Assembly (NCBI GenBank): GCA_903915625.1
Contig: CAIWTN010000090.1
Coordinates: forward strand, 66,226 to 130,225
Reading direction: 5' to 3'
Length of the DNA stretch: 64,000 bases
From: an uncultured Pseudomonadota bacterium
GTDB taxonomy: Bacteria; Bdellovibrionota_B; Oligoflexia; Oligoflexales; CAIYRB01
This document shows, in pieces, positions 1 through 13,653 of this stretch. The notes beneath the pieces are model-generated. The model saw nothing but the letters and a program-made list of their open reading frames with translations, did no database searches and was not told the DNA's origin. How positions within the stretch are numbered: the stretch's first letter is position 1; the number at the start of each line of letters is the position of its first letter. A program made the translations under genes and the position numbers.

Positions 1-45
1 CTGGCTTATCACTATCACTGACTGGCGCTCGGGGCGGGTATCAAA

Positions 46-1140
46 ATGAAGTGCTTTTGCCGTTTCTTTATTTCGACGATTCTACTTTCGGCGCTGATTA
101 TTGAGCCTCGAGCCAATGCGGCGACTATCAATGCTATTAGTAGCAAAAAGGGCATGGTCTCGCTCAAGACCTCTGCCGACGAGAGCTTCAAAGCTAAAGA
201 CAAAGTGTGTATTTTTGCAAAAAATCAAGAAAAGCTCGCTTGTGGCAGCGTCTTAAAAGTTAAAGATGATTCCAAAATGATAATGAAAGTCGCTGATCCA
301 CAAGAGTTGGCCAAGCTAAAAAAGGGATCTAGCGTTACGCTAAAAGTAGGCTCGTCCGCTGGATCCGATGACTCGCCCACCGACAGTTCCGCCAAGATAA
401 CCACCACCAAATCTAAACGCTCACCATTTCGGCTCGCTATTGGCTGGGATTCATCCCTTTTGCCCTTCTCATATAATCAAATTTCCTATTTACCCCCTGA
501 ATCAACTCCTCCTACCACTTTGTGGCAGTCGACCAAAGTGGTGTCGGCTGGATTAACCCCACCACCTTACCTAGGGATTGCCGCAGACATCGGCATTCCC
601 ATTGGAGCGCGAGGTGTTTCGCTAGGGCTTCGTTACCAGGTTTTTCAAACCAGCCTTGTCCAGTCAAACTACGATCCGACAACCTTCGAACCTTACGTCA
701 GCACGGAGGTTAAGGCGAAGGCCATCGGTTTCTGGGCCGATTTTCTCGCCTATCGCAAGCAACTATCACAAAGATTCGCACTCAACGTTCTAAGCGGCAT
801 AGACTTTGATTCGGTCGCCGTTAGCGTTGCCGCGACCAAGCTAACAGATGGCCCTCCGGAAACATCTTCGCCCATTGTTACAGCTGAAGGTAAACTAAGT
901 ATTATTTCGCTGCGAGCCGGAGCACGAGCGGACATTAAATTGTTTTCTGTCGTTGGAGTTTCACTTGGCGCGACCGCTTTAATTCCCTTAGTCGCCCCGA
1001 CAAACTCTCTGACAGCGAATTTCTCTGATGGAGAGGGTAGGGACCTGGAAGATCCTATCATTGATCTTAAAACATCTTTGGGTTTACAAAAGAAGTCCTT
1101 CGGCTTCGAGGCTTTGGTAAATACTTACGTCAGCTTTTAA
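46..1140 (+). CDS. Hypothetical secreted protein, possibly an outer-membrane beta-barrel
   Basis: ATG start. N-terminal signal peptide (MKCFCRFFISTILLSALIIEPRANA|AT). Alternating hydrophobic pattern in the C-terminal two thirds, and a terminal aromatic residue (..NTYVSF) as in OMP beta-signals. No family recognised. Confidence 0.6.
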   Translation: MKCFCRFFISTILLSALIIEPRANAATINAISSKKGMVSLKTSADESFKAKDKVCIFAKNQEKLACGSVLKVKDDSKMIMKVADPQELAKLKKGSSVTLKVGSSAGSDDSPTDSSAKITTTKSKRSPFRLAIGWDSSLLPFSYNQISYLPPESTPPTTLWQSTKVVSAGLTPPPYLGIAADIGIPIGARGVSLGLRYQVFQTSLVQSNYDPTTFEPYVSTEVKAKAIGFWADFLAYRKQLSQRFALNVLSGIDFDSVAVSVAATKLTDGPPETSSPIVTAEGKLSIISLRAGARADIKLFSVVGVSLGATALIPLVAPTNSLTANFSDGEGRDLEDPIIDLKTSLGLQKKSFGFEALVNTYVSF

Positions 1141-1633
1141 CAGCGCCGAGACAAGAAATACCTATCGGTACATTCGCGTAGCCGATCCGGCTCATCGCGA
1201 ACCCAAGAACAATTGAACAGCCACAGTCGCAGTGGTCGGCACGCTTTCGTTCCTTGAGCTCACCCGAATTAACTTCGGCATGTTTGCAGCTCCGAAAATT
1301 TCGCAGTGACCAGTACAATTCAAACCGATTTCGGTTTAAACTTTAGAACATCGGCATCATTTTTTGGGAATTACCAAAGAGACCAGCCTGGCTTTTCGCC
1401 TGAAGGGCGTCGGTGGTGGTTTGCAGTAGTCCCAGATAATGATTCTGCAATTCAAGAATTTACCAAGAAATTCCAGAGCGCTGTCATTGGCAATTTGGCA
1501 TTTTGCAAAATAAGCTAATTATTAGACTTTGGACCAAACGGTACAAACTAAGCGGTACAAAACGGAGTCCCTGATTTCACTCAATTGAGCAAAGAATGCA
1601 CAAAAAAGCGTAGGAAGGAACCCGCTGCACAAA

Positions 1634-2761
1634 TCATGACCCACGCAATTGATCCACAGGGTATGGAAAAGCTGTGGATAGAACTGTGGAATTGTCCATT
1701 AAGCTGGCTAAACTATTGGCAAAAAGATGCCCGAGCTGTAATCCGTTCTTATAGAACCCAAGGGCCAACCAAAGACGCTGCGACGGAAAACCGGGAAAAA
1801 AAACCGAGCCAATTCCTGGCATACGATTTTTAAATCGCCCCCGAACCCCCCAAAGAGTGCGGTAGCTATCGAAATTGATGAATTTTTGCGCATCTTGACG
1901 TAGGAAGGTTGCCGTTTCAGGGCACGGGGTGCATTTTGAAAGATCAGATTGGCGTCGAGAGCTGGAACCAGCACGCAGTATACCGTCGTGAACGACGTAA
2001 TTCATTTTTCCGACTTTCAGATTCAACGAATCGACGTCAGAAAGCTGAGCAACCAAAGTTTCACCCTCAACCGGCTCCTGAAATATGCCAGGAATGCCGG
2101 AATTAACCAGGATCTGATTACTAAAAATTCCGGCCGCCAAAACCACCTCAGAAACTCGAAGACCATGCCCAGCAAGCCTTAGCTCGAGACCACCGTCAAC
2201 TTGGGGGACCACCGCATCAACCAAATCATCCCGAAAAAGCGTACCTTGCCGCCGAAGCAAGGCCTCTAGCGCCTCCAAACATTGCTCGGGGTCGAACCAA
2301 AGATCGCGGTAATAGTGATAAGCCCCAAGCGACTGGGACGTAAATTGCTCGTGCCGTGGAAAGTGTGCCTTTAACCATTGCTGCTCAACGACTTTAGCGT
2401 CGCGACAGCCTGTGAATTGCCTGTGGAAAACTCGCTCGCGAACGTAGCGATACTCTCCGACATGAGTAAACGGCTCGAAAGCACCCACAAAACTTCGCGC
2501 TATAGGTCGCTCAGACTGCCGCTCTACCTTATCTAACCAGGCCTCAAGGCCTCTGTGAGCGGTAATCTTTAAAGCAAAAAAGGGGTTTTGCGCTGAAATA
2601 TTCCCCTTTAGGTTAGAGGTGCCCACTGCAGCTCGGCTTGCTGTGCCGTGCAGGGCTTGGGGGCCAATCACTGTCACCCGCCAACCTTGCTCAACAAGGG
2701 CCTGTGCCACGCACAGACCAATGATGCCGCGACCGATAACAGCTACCTCGCGCCTATTCAT
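1634..2761 (-). CDS. FAD-dependent oxidoreductase (DAO / glycine oxidase-like family)
   Basis: N-terminal Rossmann dinucleotide motif VAVIGRGIIGLCVA (GxGxxG). About 375 aa, the typical DAO-family length. ATG at 2761. Confidence 0.75.
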   Translation of the reverse strand: MNRREVAVIGRGIIGLCVAQALVEQGWRVTVIGPQALHGTASRAAVGTSNLKGNISAQNPFFALKITAHRGLEAWLDKVERQSERPIARSFVGAFEPFTHVGEYRYVRERVFHRQFTGCRDAKVVEQQWLKAHFPRHEQFTSQSLGAYHYYRDLWFDPEQCLEALEALLRRQGTLFRDDLVDAVVPQVDGGLELRLAGHGLRVSEVVLAAGIFSNQILVNSGIPGIFQEPVEGETLVAQLSDVDSLNLKVGKMNYVVHDGILRAGSSSRRQSDLSKCTPCPETATFLRQDAQKFINFDSYRTLWGVRGRFKNRMPGIGSVFFPGFPSQRLWLALGFYKNGLQLGHLFANSLASLMDNSTVLSTAFPYPVDQLRGS

Positions 2762-2801
2762 AGCGTGTTCACGATATTAAAAGTCCTGAGAATACAGGGT
2801 T

Positions 2802-3860
2802 TTACGAGTTGCGGGCGAGTTCCGAAAAGACCTCTCGCCGCATCTGAGCAATCCCAGGCTGGTTGCGCCCACTGATTACCCGATTGGTGAGCAACATGGC
2901 ATAATCCTGAGTCTCAGGCCAGAGCCAAAAACCCACGCCGGTAAAGCCCCAATGCCCGATCGCAGCGCCTGCACCGAACGGACTAGAACTGGGATCAGCG
3001 CCCTGTCTCCAGCCCTGCAAACTGGCATTTGGCGGTTCAGATACCGGCAATAACCTCGCCGTGGCATTCGCGCTCAAGAGCGTTTTCCCTACTTGAGATG
3101 CCGCTAGCGCGCGCAAAAATCTAGCGATCGCGGCGCCAGTGCCGAAAACCCCAGCATGACCAGCGACTCCGCCTAGACTCGCACAGTTTTCATCGTGAAC
3201 TTCGCCGCAAAGCACGCGCTGCCTAATAGAACAAAACCCCGTTGGCACTATTCGCGACGAATTAAATTTATTGCCGATAAACCCTAGGTCAAGATCTGAT
3301 AGCAGCAACTCACTACGCAAAAAATCTTCAAACAATTTATCTAGGTCTTGATCATAAATTTTCTCTAAAACAAAGCCCAAAAGAATAAATCCAACGTCGC
3401 TATAAACATCGCCTTGTTTTTTATTGATCGCTGAAGCTGTTCGATTAAGAACATCGAAAATATGTTGTGAGCGAAAAAACGGGTCGGCAAGTTCCGCCGA
3501 TTTTTTCACACCTAAATTGCAAATCCAAAAATTACGCCATGCTGGTAATCCTGATTTGTGCGCGAGTAAATCCGAAATTTTAAGATAATTCAAACGATCA
3601 TCTAAACCTGACACACGCCCTTCCAACCAATCACCGACCGTCCCCTCGATAGGCAAACCGCGACGAATAACTGCCGCGAAAACTAGGGGAGTGGTAACTA
3701 GGGCTTTAGTCAGACTCGCCAAATCAAAAACATCTCTGCTCTCTGGTAGATGAGCATACTCAACTACTGGATCCTGATTACTGATAGATCCGCGCGCACA
3801 ATAGGCGTGAGTGTAGAGTTTATTTTGCAAATGGAGCTGAAAAATAGACGCTAAACTCAT
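2802..3860 (-). CDS. Serine hydrolase, beta-lactamase / class C PBP-like family
   Basis: SxxK motif (DLASLTKAL), a YSD/YxN-like motif (VYSDVGF) and an HWG (KTG-equivalent) box in GHWGFTG. 352 aa. Confidence 0.75.
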   Translation of the reverse strand: MSLASIFQLHLQNKLYTHAYCARGSISNQDPVVEYAHLPESRDVFDLASLTKALVTTPLVFAAVIRRGLPIEGTVGDWLEGRVSGLDDRLNYLKISDLLAHKSGLPAWRNFWICNLGVKKSAELADPFFRSQHIFDVLNRTASAINKKQGDVYSDVGFILLGFVLEKIYDQDLDKLFEDFLRSELLLSDLDLGFIGNKFNSSRIVPTGFCSIRQRVLCGEVHDENCASLGGVAGHAGVFGTGAAIARFLRALAASQVGKTLLSANATARLLPVSEPPNASLQGWRQGADPSSSPFGAGAAIGHWGFTGVGFWLWPETQDYAMLLTNRVISGRNQPGIAQMRREVFSELARNS

Positions 3861-3867
3861 AGCTCTG

Positions 3868-5316
3868 TTACTCCCGACGCTGCGCTAATTTCTCGGTAAG
3901 TATGCTATTAACTAAGGCTGGATTCATTTTTCCATGACTTAGCTTCATCACTTGTCCTACGAAGAAACCAAATATCTTTTCTTTACCAGACAAAAACTGG
4001 CGCAGTTGTTCTGGATTTGCATCAATTACTTGATCTATTAGCGCTGTGATCGAAGACTGATCAGTAACTTGAGTGAGACCCAATCGATCAACAATATCTT
4101 TTGCTGATTCGCCATTTTTTAGCATTTCCTCGAAAACAGTTTTGGCGATCTTACTAGAAATGACATCGTCGCCTAGAAGTTTGAGAAGGCCCGCTAAGTG
4201 AGCCGCATCTATATTTGGCTTTGTAAGGTCCCATTTTAGTTCAGTGGCTACTGGCAAGAATTCGCCGATTACCCAATTTGCTACAATTTTTGCCGCCACC
4301 TTGCCATCGACCATTGAATTTACAGATTCAAAGTACGCTGCCAAATCCCTGTCAGAGGTCAGCAATGTCGCCGAAGAATCGGGGATTGAATAAGTCTCGA
4401 TAAAGCGCGCGGCCATTGCCTGCGGCAATTCGGGCAATTCTTTACTGATTTTCTCAATACGATCTGCCGAAAGACATAACGGAGGTAGATCGGGGTCAGG
4501 CATATAACGATAATCGTGGCTTTCTTCCTTAGCGCGCATAGGCGCCGTACGACCTGAGTCTGCATCGAAGAGAAGAGTGTGCTGCACTATTTGCCCACCT
4601 TGCTCAAGAATATCGCCCTGCCTCTGAATTTCGTAGTTGATCGCTCGCTCAACGTTTCTAAATGAATTTAGGTTTTTAATTTCGCAACGTGTACCGAGCT
4701 TGGTTGTTCCCTTTAAACGCAATGAAACATTCGCATCACAACGAAAAGAACCCTCTTCAAGATTGCCATCGCTAATACCCAGGTGACGCACAAGAGATCT
4801 CAAGCTACGTAGATAATCCGCCGCCGCTACTGCTGAGGTGATCTCTGGCTGACTAACAATTTCTACAAGTGGCATACCTGCACGATTATAGTCGCAGTAA
4901 CTCGCATCACTTCCATGCAGATTTTTACCCGCGTCCTCTTCTAAATGAATACGAGTTAATCTTACTCGCGTATTTTGATCCACCGTGATCTCACCACCTT
5001 CACAATACGGTTGATCGTACTGAGTAATCTGATACCCCTTGGGTAAATCTGGATAAAAATACTGCTTTCTCGAGAAAATACTGCGCGTATTTAATTTAGC
5101 TCCGACAGCTAAAGCCAGCCTTACGGCGTAATCGACTGCAAGCGTATTAATGACCGGAAGTGTGCCGGGCATGCCCAAACACACCGGACATACCTGATGA
5201 TTAGCCGCAACGCCAAATGTAGTGGCGCACGAGCAAAATAGCTTAGACCTAGTAGCCAACTGGCAGTGCACTTCAAGGCCAATGATCGGTTCAAATTGCA
5301 CTGGATCTCCTCTCAA
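3868..5316 (-). CDS. gatB: Asp/Glu-tRNA(Asn/Gln) amidotransferase subunit B
   Basis: The N-terminus (EPIIGLEVHCQL..KLFC) and the C-terminal YqeY-like domain are typical of GatB. 4-nt overlap with gatA. Confidence 0.95.
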   Translation of the reverse strand: MRGDPVQFEPIIGLEVHCQLATRSKLFCSCATTFGVAANHQVCPVCLGMPGTLPVINTLAVDYAVRLALAVGAKLNTRSIFSRKQYFYPDLPKGYQITQYDQPYCEGGEITVDQNTRVRLTRIHLEEDAGKNLHGSDASYCDYNRAGMPLVEIVSQPEITSAVAAADYLRSLRSLVRHLGISDGNLEEGSFRCDANVSLRLKGTTKLGTRCEIKNLNSFRNVERAINYEIQRQGDILEQGGQIVQHTLLFDADSGRTAPMRAKEESHDYRYMPDPDLPPLCLSADRIEKISKELPELPQAMAARFIETYSIPDSSATLLTSDRDLAAYFESVNSMVDGKVAAKIVANWVIGEFLPVATELKWDLTKPNIDAAHLAGLLKLLGDDVISSKIAKTVFEEMLKNGESAKDIVDRLGLTQVTDQSSITALIDQVIDANPEQLRQFLSGKEKIFGFFVGQVMKLSHGKMNPALVNSILTEKLAQRRE

Positions 5317-6794
5317 AACTTCGGGATGCGGCTGCCAATATGATTCGCTGTCTGCTCATAGGCTAGAGCGCCCTTAAGCAGAGCCTCTTCGCCGAGCGGT
5401 GGCCCAATCAACTGCATGCCGATCGGTAAGCCCTTTTCATCCCAACCGCATGGCACTGATAATGCCGGTAAACCAGCAAGATTTACTGCAAGTGTACAAA
5501 TGTCGCTTAAATACATAGCCAAGGGATCATCGATCTTTTCACCAAGCCGAAAGGCTGTCGTTGGCGAAGTCGGAGAGATTAGCCAATCCACATTAGCGAA
5601 GGCACGAGTAAACTCATTTGAGATTAGATGTCTGGCGGCTGTTGCTTTTGCATAGTAGGCATCGTAGTAGCCCGCAGACAGTGCAAATGTTCCAAGCATG
5701 ATGCGTTGCTTAACTTCCGTTCCGAACCCATGACTCCTGGTTTTCTGATACACGTCACGCAATGTGGCCCCGGCCTCTTCTTGCCTTTGGCCGTAGCGGA
5801 TACCGTCAAAGCGGGCAAGATTTGCCGATGCCTCAGCGGTGGCGATGAGATAGTAGGCCGAAATACTGTATTTTAGGGAAGGAAGACTTACTTCTTTGAT
5901 TTCCGCGCCGAGATCTTTGTAAAGGTCGACAGCCTTACTCAGGGCCTGCCGCGTAGATTCGTCAAGACCTGCGCTGAAAAACTCCTTAACGATACCTATG
6001 CGCTTACCTTTTAGATTGGTATCCGGGGAACCTACACCGTTACGTGTCTGAAATGGAGGTATCGCGCGACTTGTGCTGTCCCGTTGGTCATGTCCAGAGA
6101 TCACGTCAAACAGTAAAGCCGTATCTGCGACCGTGCGCGCGAATGGGCCTATCTGATCCAAGGATGATCCATAGGCGATTAAACCGTAGCGACTGACGGT
6201 GCCATAAGTGGGCTTGAGACCATAAATACCGCAAAATGCTGCCGGTTGACGAATCGACCCCCCTGTATCTGACCCAAGAGCAACTGGCGCTAAATCGGCA
6301 GCCACCGCTGCAGCAGAGCCACCTGAAGAACCACCCGGTACATAGTCGACGTTCCAGGGATTACGCACTGGACCATATGCCGAGTTTTCACTCGTACTGC
6401 CCATGGCAAACTCATCACAATTCGTTTTTCCGAATATGAGAGCTCCAGCAGCGACAAGCCGCTCAACCACATGGGCATCAAAGGGAGGGCGGAAATTTTC
6501 GAGCATCTTTGAAGCGCAGGTTGTTGGCACACTGCGCGTGCAGATGTTGTCCTTAATCAGGACTGGAACTCCCGCTAGCGGCAACTTCAGACCAGATTTT
6601 AACTTGGACTCTTGATCTTTAACTTGGTCTGCAATGTTAGATGCGTTCCAATAAAGATGCGTGTTTAGCTTGCTGGCATAAGCCTCGGTCCGCTGCACAT
6701 AGAAATCAGCTACTTCACGGATGCTGATATCCCCAGCATGGACACGCTGGCTGATTTCCGCAGCCGACAGCGAAAACGGCCGTAAATCGGACAC
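5313..6794 (-). CDS. gatA: Glutamyl-tRNA(Gln) amidotransferase subunit A
   Basis: Amidase signature region GGSSGGSAAAVAA..GSDTGGSIRQPA. 493 aa. Lies between gatC and gatB. Confidence 0.95.
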   Translation of the reverse strand: MSDLRPFSLSAAEISQRVHAGDISIREVADFYVQRTEAYASKLNTHLYWNASNIADQVKDQESKLKSGLKLPLAGVPVLIKDNICTRSVPTTCASKMLENFRPPFDAHVVERLVAAGALIFGKTNCDEFAMGSTSENSAYGPVRNPWNVDYVPGGSSGGSAAAVAADLAPVALGSDTGGSIRQPAAFCGIYGLKPTYGTVSRYGLIAYGSSLDQIGPFARTVADTALLFDVISGHDQRDSTSRAIPPFQTRNGVGSPDTNLKGKRIGIVKEFFSAGLDESTRQALSKAVDLYKDLGAEIKEVSLPSLKYSISAYYLIATAEASANLARFDGIRYGQRQEEAGATLRDVYQKTRSHGFGTEVKQRIMLGTFALSAGYYDAYYAKATAARHLISNEFTRAFANVDWLISPTSPTTAFRLGEKIDDPLAMYLSDICTLAVNLAGLPALSVPCGWDEKGLPIGMQLIGPPLGEEALLKGALAYEQTANHIGSRIPKF

Positions 6795-6806
6795 TTTTGT
6801 AGCCCC

Positions 6807-7130
6807 CTAGTCAATGATCCGCGGTACTTGAAAGGTAGTACCAGAGGTCTTAGCAGCATTGACTAGGGCAACTTCAGGGTCAAGCGAAGGCTGCGTCTGA
6901 TCCGGCCTTTCTTGCGGCTGTAGAGCAAAAGCTAGGGTAGTGGGGTCTGATTCCCCCTCATCTTGGCGAGGAATACTTGCCAACTCCCCAACGTAGTCCA
7001 AAATCCGCGACAGATGACGCTGGTAGTAACTAACCTCTTCGTCAGTAAGGACCAGATTTGCCAATCCAGCAACTTTCCTCACCGTGGACGAATCAATCGA
7101 ATCAGCTCTACCAGCAGCATCACCCGACAC
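6807..7130 (-). CDS. gatC: Asp/Glu-tRNA amidotransferase subunit C
   Basis: Small ORF directly upstream of gatA. GatC-like core (VRKVAGLANLVLTDEEV..YQRHLSRILDYV). Confidence 0.85.
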   Translation of the reverse strand: MSGDAAGRADSIDSSTVRKVAGLANLVLTDEEVSYYQRHLSRILDYVGELASIPRQDEGESDPTTLAFALQPQERPDQTQPSLDPEVALVNAAKTSGTTFQVPRIID

Positions 7131-7133
7131 GTA

Positions 7134-9644
7134 TTAAACCTCTTCGCCTTCTAATTTTTGTACCTTACAGAGGCTAATGACCTTCTCACCGGTTTCGACC
7201 GCCATCAGGCGGACGCCTTGGGTCAACCGGCCGATAACACCAACCTCGTTGACATTAAACCGAGTGATCTTCCCAGACGACGTCATCACCATGAGGTCGT
7301 CATTTTCATCGACCTGAAGGATGCCAACGACCGGACCATTACGCTCAGTCACCTTGATGGTGAAGATCCCCTTACCACCGCGAGACTGTGTGCGATATTC
7401 CTCGAGCGGTGTGCGCTTACCGTACCCACCTTCGCAGACCGATAAAATCGTGAAATTACCGCGGATCACTTCCATGCCGATGACACGATCAGGCTCATTA
7501 GGCAGGCTGCTGGACGGAGTTTCCTCGATGGCACCCTCAACCCCAGCTTCAGGCACTTCACCCTCGCCAAAGCGAATCCCGGTAACACCTCGAGAAGCTC
7601 GACCTGTGGGACGAATCTCCTCCTCATTGAAGCGGATCGCTTTACCCCAACGAGTAGCGATCAGAATCTCGTTATCTCCGTTGGTGATGGCGCAACTTAC
7701 CAGCGAATCACCTTCGTCCAGCTTCAGTGCAATAATTCCTGAAGACCGAACGTTGGAATATGCCATGAGGTCGGTCTTCTTGACGAAGCCACCCGCTGTC
7801 ACCGAAACGATGTAGTGACCCTCTTTGAACTCTTTAACCGGCAGTACCGAGACGATTTTTTCACCCTCGGTCAATTTGCAAAGACTTGCAAAATGTTTAC
7901 CCCTAGAGCGGAGCGGTAACTCCGGCAACTGGTAGACCTTGATTTCAAAAACTCGACCGACGTTTGAGAAGCAAAGTAGAGTTTGGTGATTACTCGTCAT
8001 GAAGACGCTGCTTACGACATCTTCTTCGCGAGTCAGCATTCCGGCTTTGCCCTTGCCACCACGACGCTGCGCACGAATATCCTCGAGCGGAGTGCGCTTA
8101 ACGTAACCCGTGTGAGAAATCGTCACTGCGACTTCTTCATCAGCAACGAGGCTTTCCATGGTGAACTCATCAGCAGCAGATGCGATGATTTCAGTGCGGC
8201 GACCGTCACCGTGGGTTTCTCGTAAGAACTTGAGTTCGTCCCGAATCAGTCCGGTAACGCGCTCTGGCTTTTCCAAAATATCCTTAAGATCCGCAATCAC
8301 TGCGAGCACTTCTTTGTACTCGGCAATGATCTTATCACGCTCCAAGCCTGTCAGGCGCGCCAAACGCATCTCGAGAATGGCCTTCGTCTGGATATCCGAA
8401 AGACCAAATTTTGCAGTCAGTTCTGCTGCGGCCAACCCTGGGTCGCGCGATTTTCTGATAATCGCTACAACTTCGTCAATACTTTCAACTGCGATCTTCA
8501 AACCAGCGAGGATATGTCCACGCTCTTCGGATTTACGTAGCTCGTAAGCCGTACGCCTGAGGATGACCTCGCGACGATGCTGATAGAACACCTCCAATAA
8601 CTGCTTCAGATTGAGAATCCGTGGTGCACCGTTAACCAGTGCCACGACATTCACCCCGAAGGATGTCTGCATCGGTGTTAATTTGTAGAGATTGTTAAGG
8701 ATGATATCGGCGTTTTCGCCTTTTTTCAGGTCAATGACGACCCGAATACCGTCCTTATTAGACTCATCCCTAATATCTGAGAGGCCTTCGATCTTCTTGG
8801 CATGCACTAGTTCGGCAATCTTCTCAATCAAGCGCGATTTGTTAACTTGATATGGAATTTCCGAAATAACGATACGTTCTCGGCCTTGTTTCCCGGTGTC
8901 TTCAACAGAGGTCCGAGCCCGCATGATGACCGAGCCGTGACCGGTGAGATAAGCTGAGCGAATTCCCGCAACGCCATAAATAAGTCCAGCAGTTGGGAAA
9001 TCTGGACCTTTAACGTAATCCATTAAGCGATCAATCGAAATTTTTGGATCTTCGATGAGTGCTTCTAAAGCTTGTACGACTTCAAGAACATTATGTGGTG
9101 GAATATTGGTAGCCATACCTACAGCAATGCCGCTTGCACCGTTGATTAAAAGCTGAGGCAAGCGTGACGGCATGACAACTGGCTCTAATTCCTTGCCGTC
9201 ATAGTTCGGCACGAAATTGACCGTTTCCTTGTCAATGTCAGCGATCAACAGGTCTGCAATCTTCTCAAGTCTCGCCTCGGTATAACGCATCGCGGCAGCA
9301 CTATCGCCGTCGATGGATCCGAAGTTACCTTGTCCGTCCACCAGCGGGTAGCGCAGACTAAAGTCTTGAGCCAGGCGCACCATAGCTTCGTAGACCGAAG
9401 AGTCACCATGAGGGTGAAAGCGGCCTAAGACGTCCCCGACGATACGGGCACACTTAAGATACGGGCGATTATGAAAATTGCGCAGCTGATACATGGCGTA
9501 CAAGATCCGGCGCTGCACCGGCTTCAAGCCGTCTCTCGCGTCCGGCAGAGCACGCGAGACAATGACGCTCATCGAGTAGTCGAGGAATGACGAGCGCATT
9601 TCCTCTTCGATTTTGATCGGAATTACATGCTTAATCTGGTCCAT
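7134..9644 (-). CDS. gyrA: DNA gyrase subunit A
   Basis: 836 aa. The N-terminal region contains [24 protein letters not shown] and the AAAMRYTE active-site Tyr motif. C-terminal beta-pinwheel repeats. Confidence 0.97.
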   Translation of the reverse strand: MDQIKHVIPIKIEEEMRSSFLDYSMSVIVSRALPDARDGLKPVQRRILYAMYQLRNFHNRPYLKCARIVGDVLGRFHPHGDSSVYEAMVRLAQDFSLRYPLVDGQGNFGSIDGDSAAAMRYTEARLEKIADLLIADIDKETVNFVPNYDGKELEPVVMPSRLPQLLINGASGIAVGMATNIPPHNVLEVVQALEALIEDPKISIDRLMDYVKGPDFPTAGLIYGVAGIRSAYLTGHGSVIMRARTSVEDTGKQGRERIVISEIPYQVNKSRLIEKIAELVHAKKIEGLSDIRDESNKDGIRVVIDLKKGENADIILNNLYKLTPMQTSFGVNVVALVNGAPRILNLKQLLEVFYQHRREVILRRTAYELRKSEERGHILAGLKIAVESIDEVVAIIRKSRDPGLAAAELTAKFGLSDIQTKAILEMRLARLTGLERDKIIAEYKEVLAVIADLKDILEKPERVTGLIRDELKFLRETHGDGRRTEIIASAADEFTMESLVADEEVAVTISHTGYVKRTPLEDIRAQRRGGKGKAGMLTREEDVVSSVFMTSNHQTLLCFSNVGRVFEIKVYQLPELPLRSRGKHFASLCKLTEGEKIVSVLPVKEFKEGHYIVSVTAGGFVKKTDLMAYSNVRSSGIIALKLDEGDSLVSCAITNGDNEILIATRWGKAIRFNEEEIRPTGRASRGVTGIRFGEGEVPEAGVEGAIEETPSSSLPNEPDRVIGMEVIRGNFTILSVCEGGYGKRTPLEEYRTQSRGGKGIFTIKVTERNGPVVGILQVDENDDLMVMTSSGKITRFNVNEVGVIGRLTQGVRLMAVETGEKVISLCKVQKLEGEEV

Positions 9645-9654
9645 GCGTGCTTCC

Positions 9655-13345
<3,691 letters not shown>

Positions 13346-13369
13346 GGTGCTTTCCATGTCTCCCAAGCC

Positions 13370-13440
13370 AGGGGGTATTATTGTCTTTTAATTAAATTCT
13401 ATTTTTACTTAATCAGTAGTCGTAGTAGTTCCGATATTTA
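13370..13440. other. AT-rich tract, candidate DNA unwinding element of oriC
   Basis: A visibly AT-rich stretch (ttgtcttttaattaaattctatttttacttaatcag..) lying immediately between the dnaN start and the DnaA-box cluster. Confidence 0.4.
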
Positions 13441-13443
13441 ATC

Positions 13444-13644
13444 TGGGGATAAACATGTAACTACAAGTACTTATTGAATAATTCGTGTATTTCGCCTGTT
13501 CATTGACGGTGGATAAATCAGTGGGCAAAATGGGGAGCAAATTGGGGATAAATCCACCCCCCCCAATTATCCACTTTTTACCCACAAGCAATCCCCGCAT
13601 GTTTTCAACCTGTTCTGAACAACTTACCCACAGGGTTACCCCCA
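13444..13644. promoter_or_regulatory. DnaA-box cluster (candidate oriC) in the dnaA-dnaN intergenic region
   Basis: Seven 9-mers within 2 mismatches of TTATCCACA. Reverse orientation: 13444-13452 and 13543-13551 (TTATCCCCA), 13508-13516 (TTATCCACC). Forward orientation: 13567-13575 (TTATCCACT), 13578-13586 and 13624-13632 (TTACCCACA), 13636-13644 (TTACCCCCA). Confidence 0.65.
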
Positions 13645-13653
13645 GGGAGCATT

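Noticed and set aside
1306-1518. 70-aa ORF (GTG start) in the 1141-1633 gap as a possible small protein gene.
   Set aside because: No RBS, no recognisable domain, and an unremarkable composition. The support is not sufficient to annotate it.
1544-1557. The 14-mer CAAACTAAGCGGTA shared between the two convergent intergenic gaps (also at 46106-46119), considered as a regulatory motif or dispersed repeat.
   Set aside because: Only two copies exist, and the flanking similarity is weak. In a 64-kb window a handful of exact 14-mer coincidences are expected by chance across both strands. I note it under the gap findings but do not call it a repeat family.
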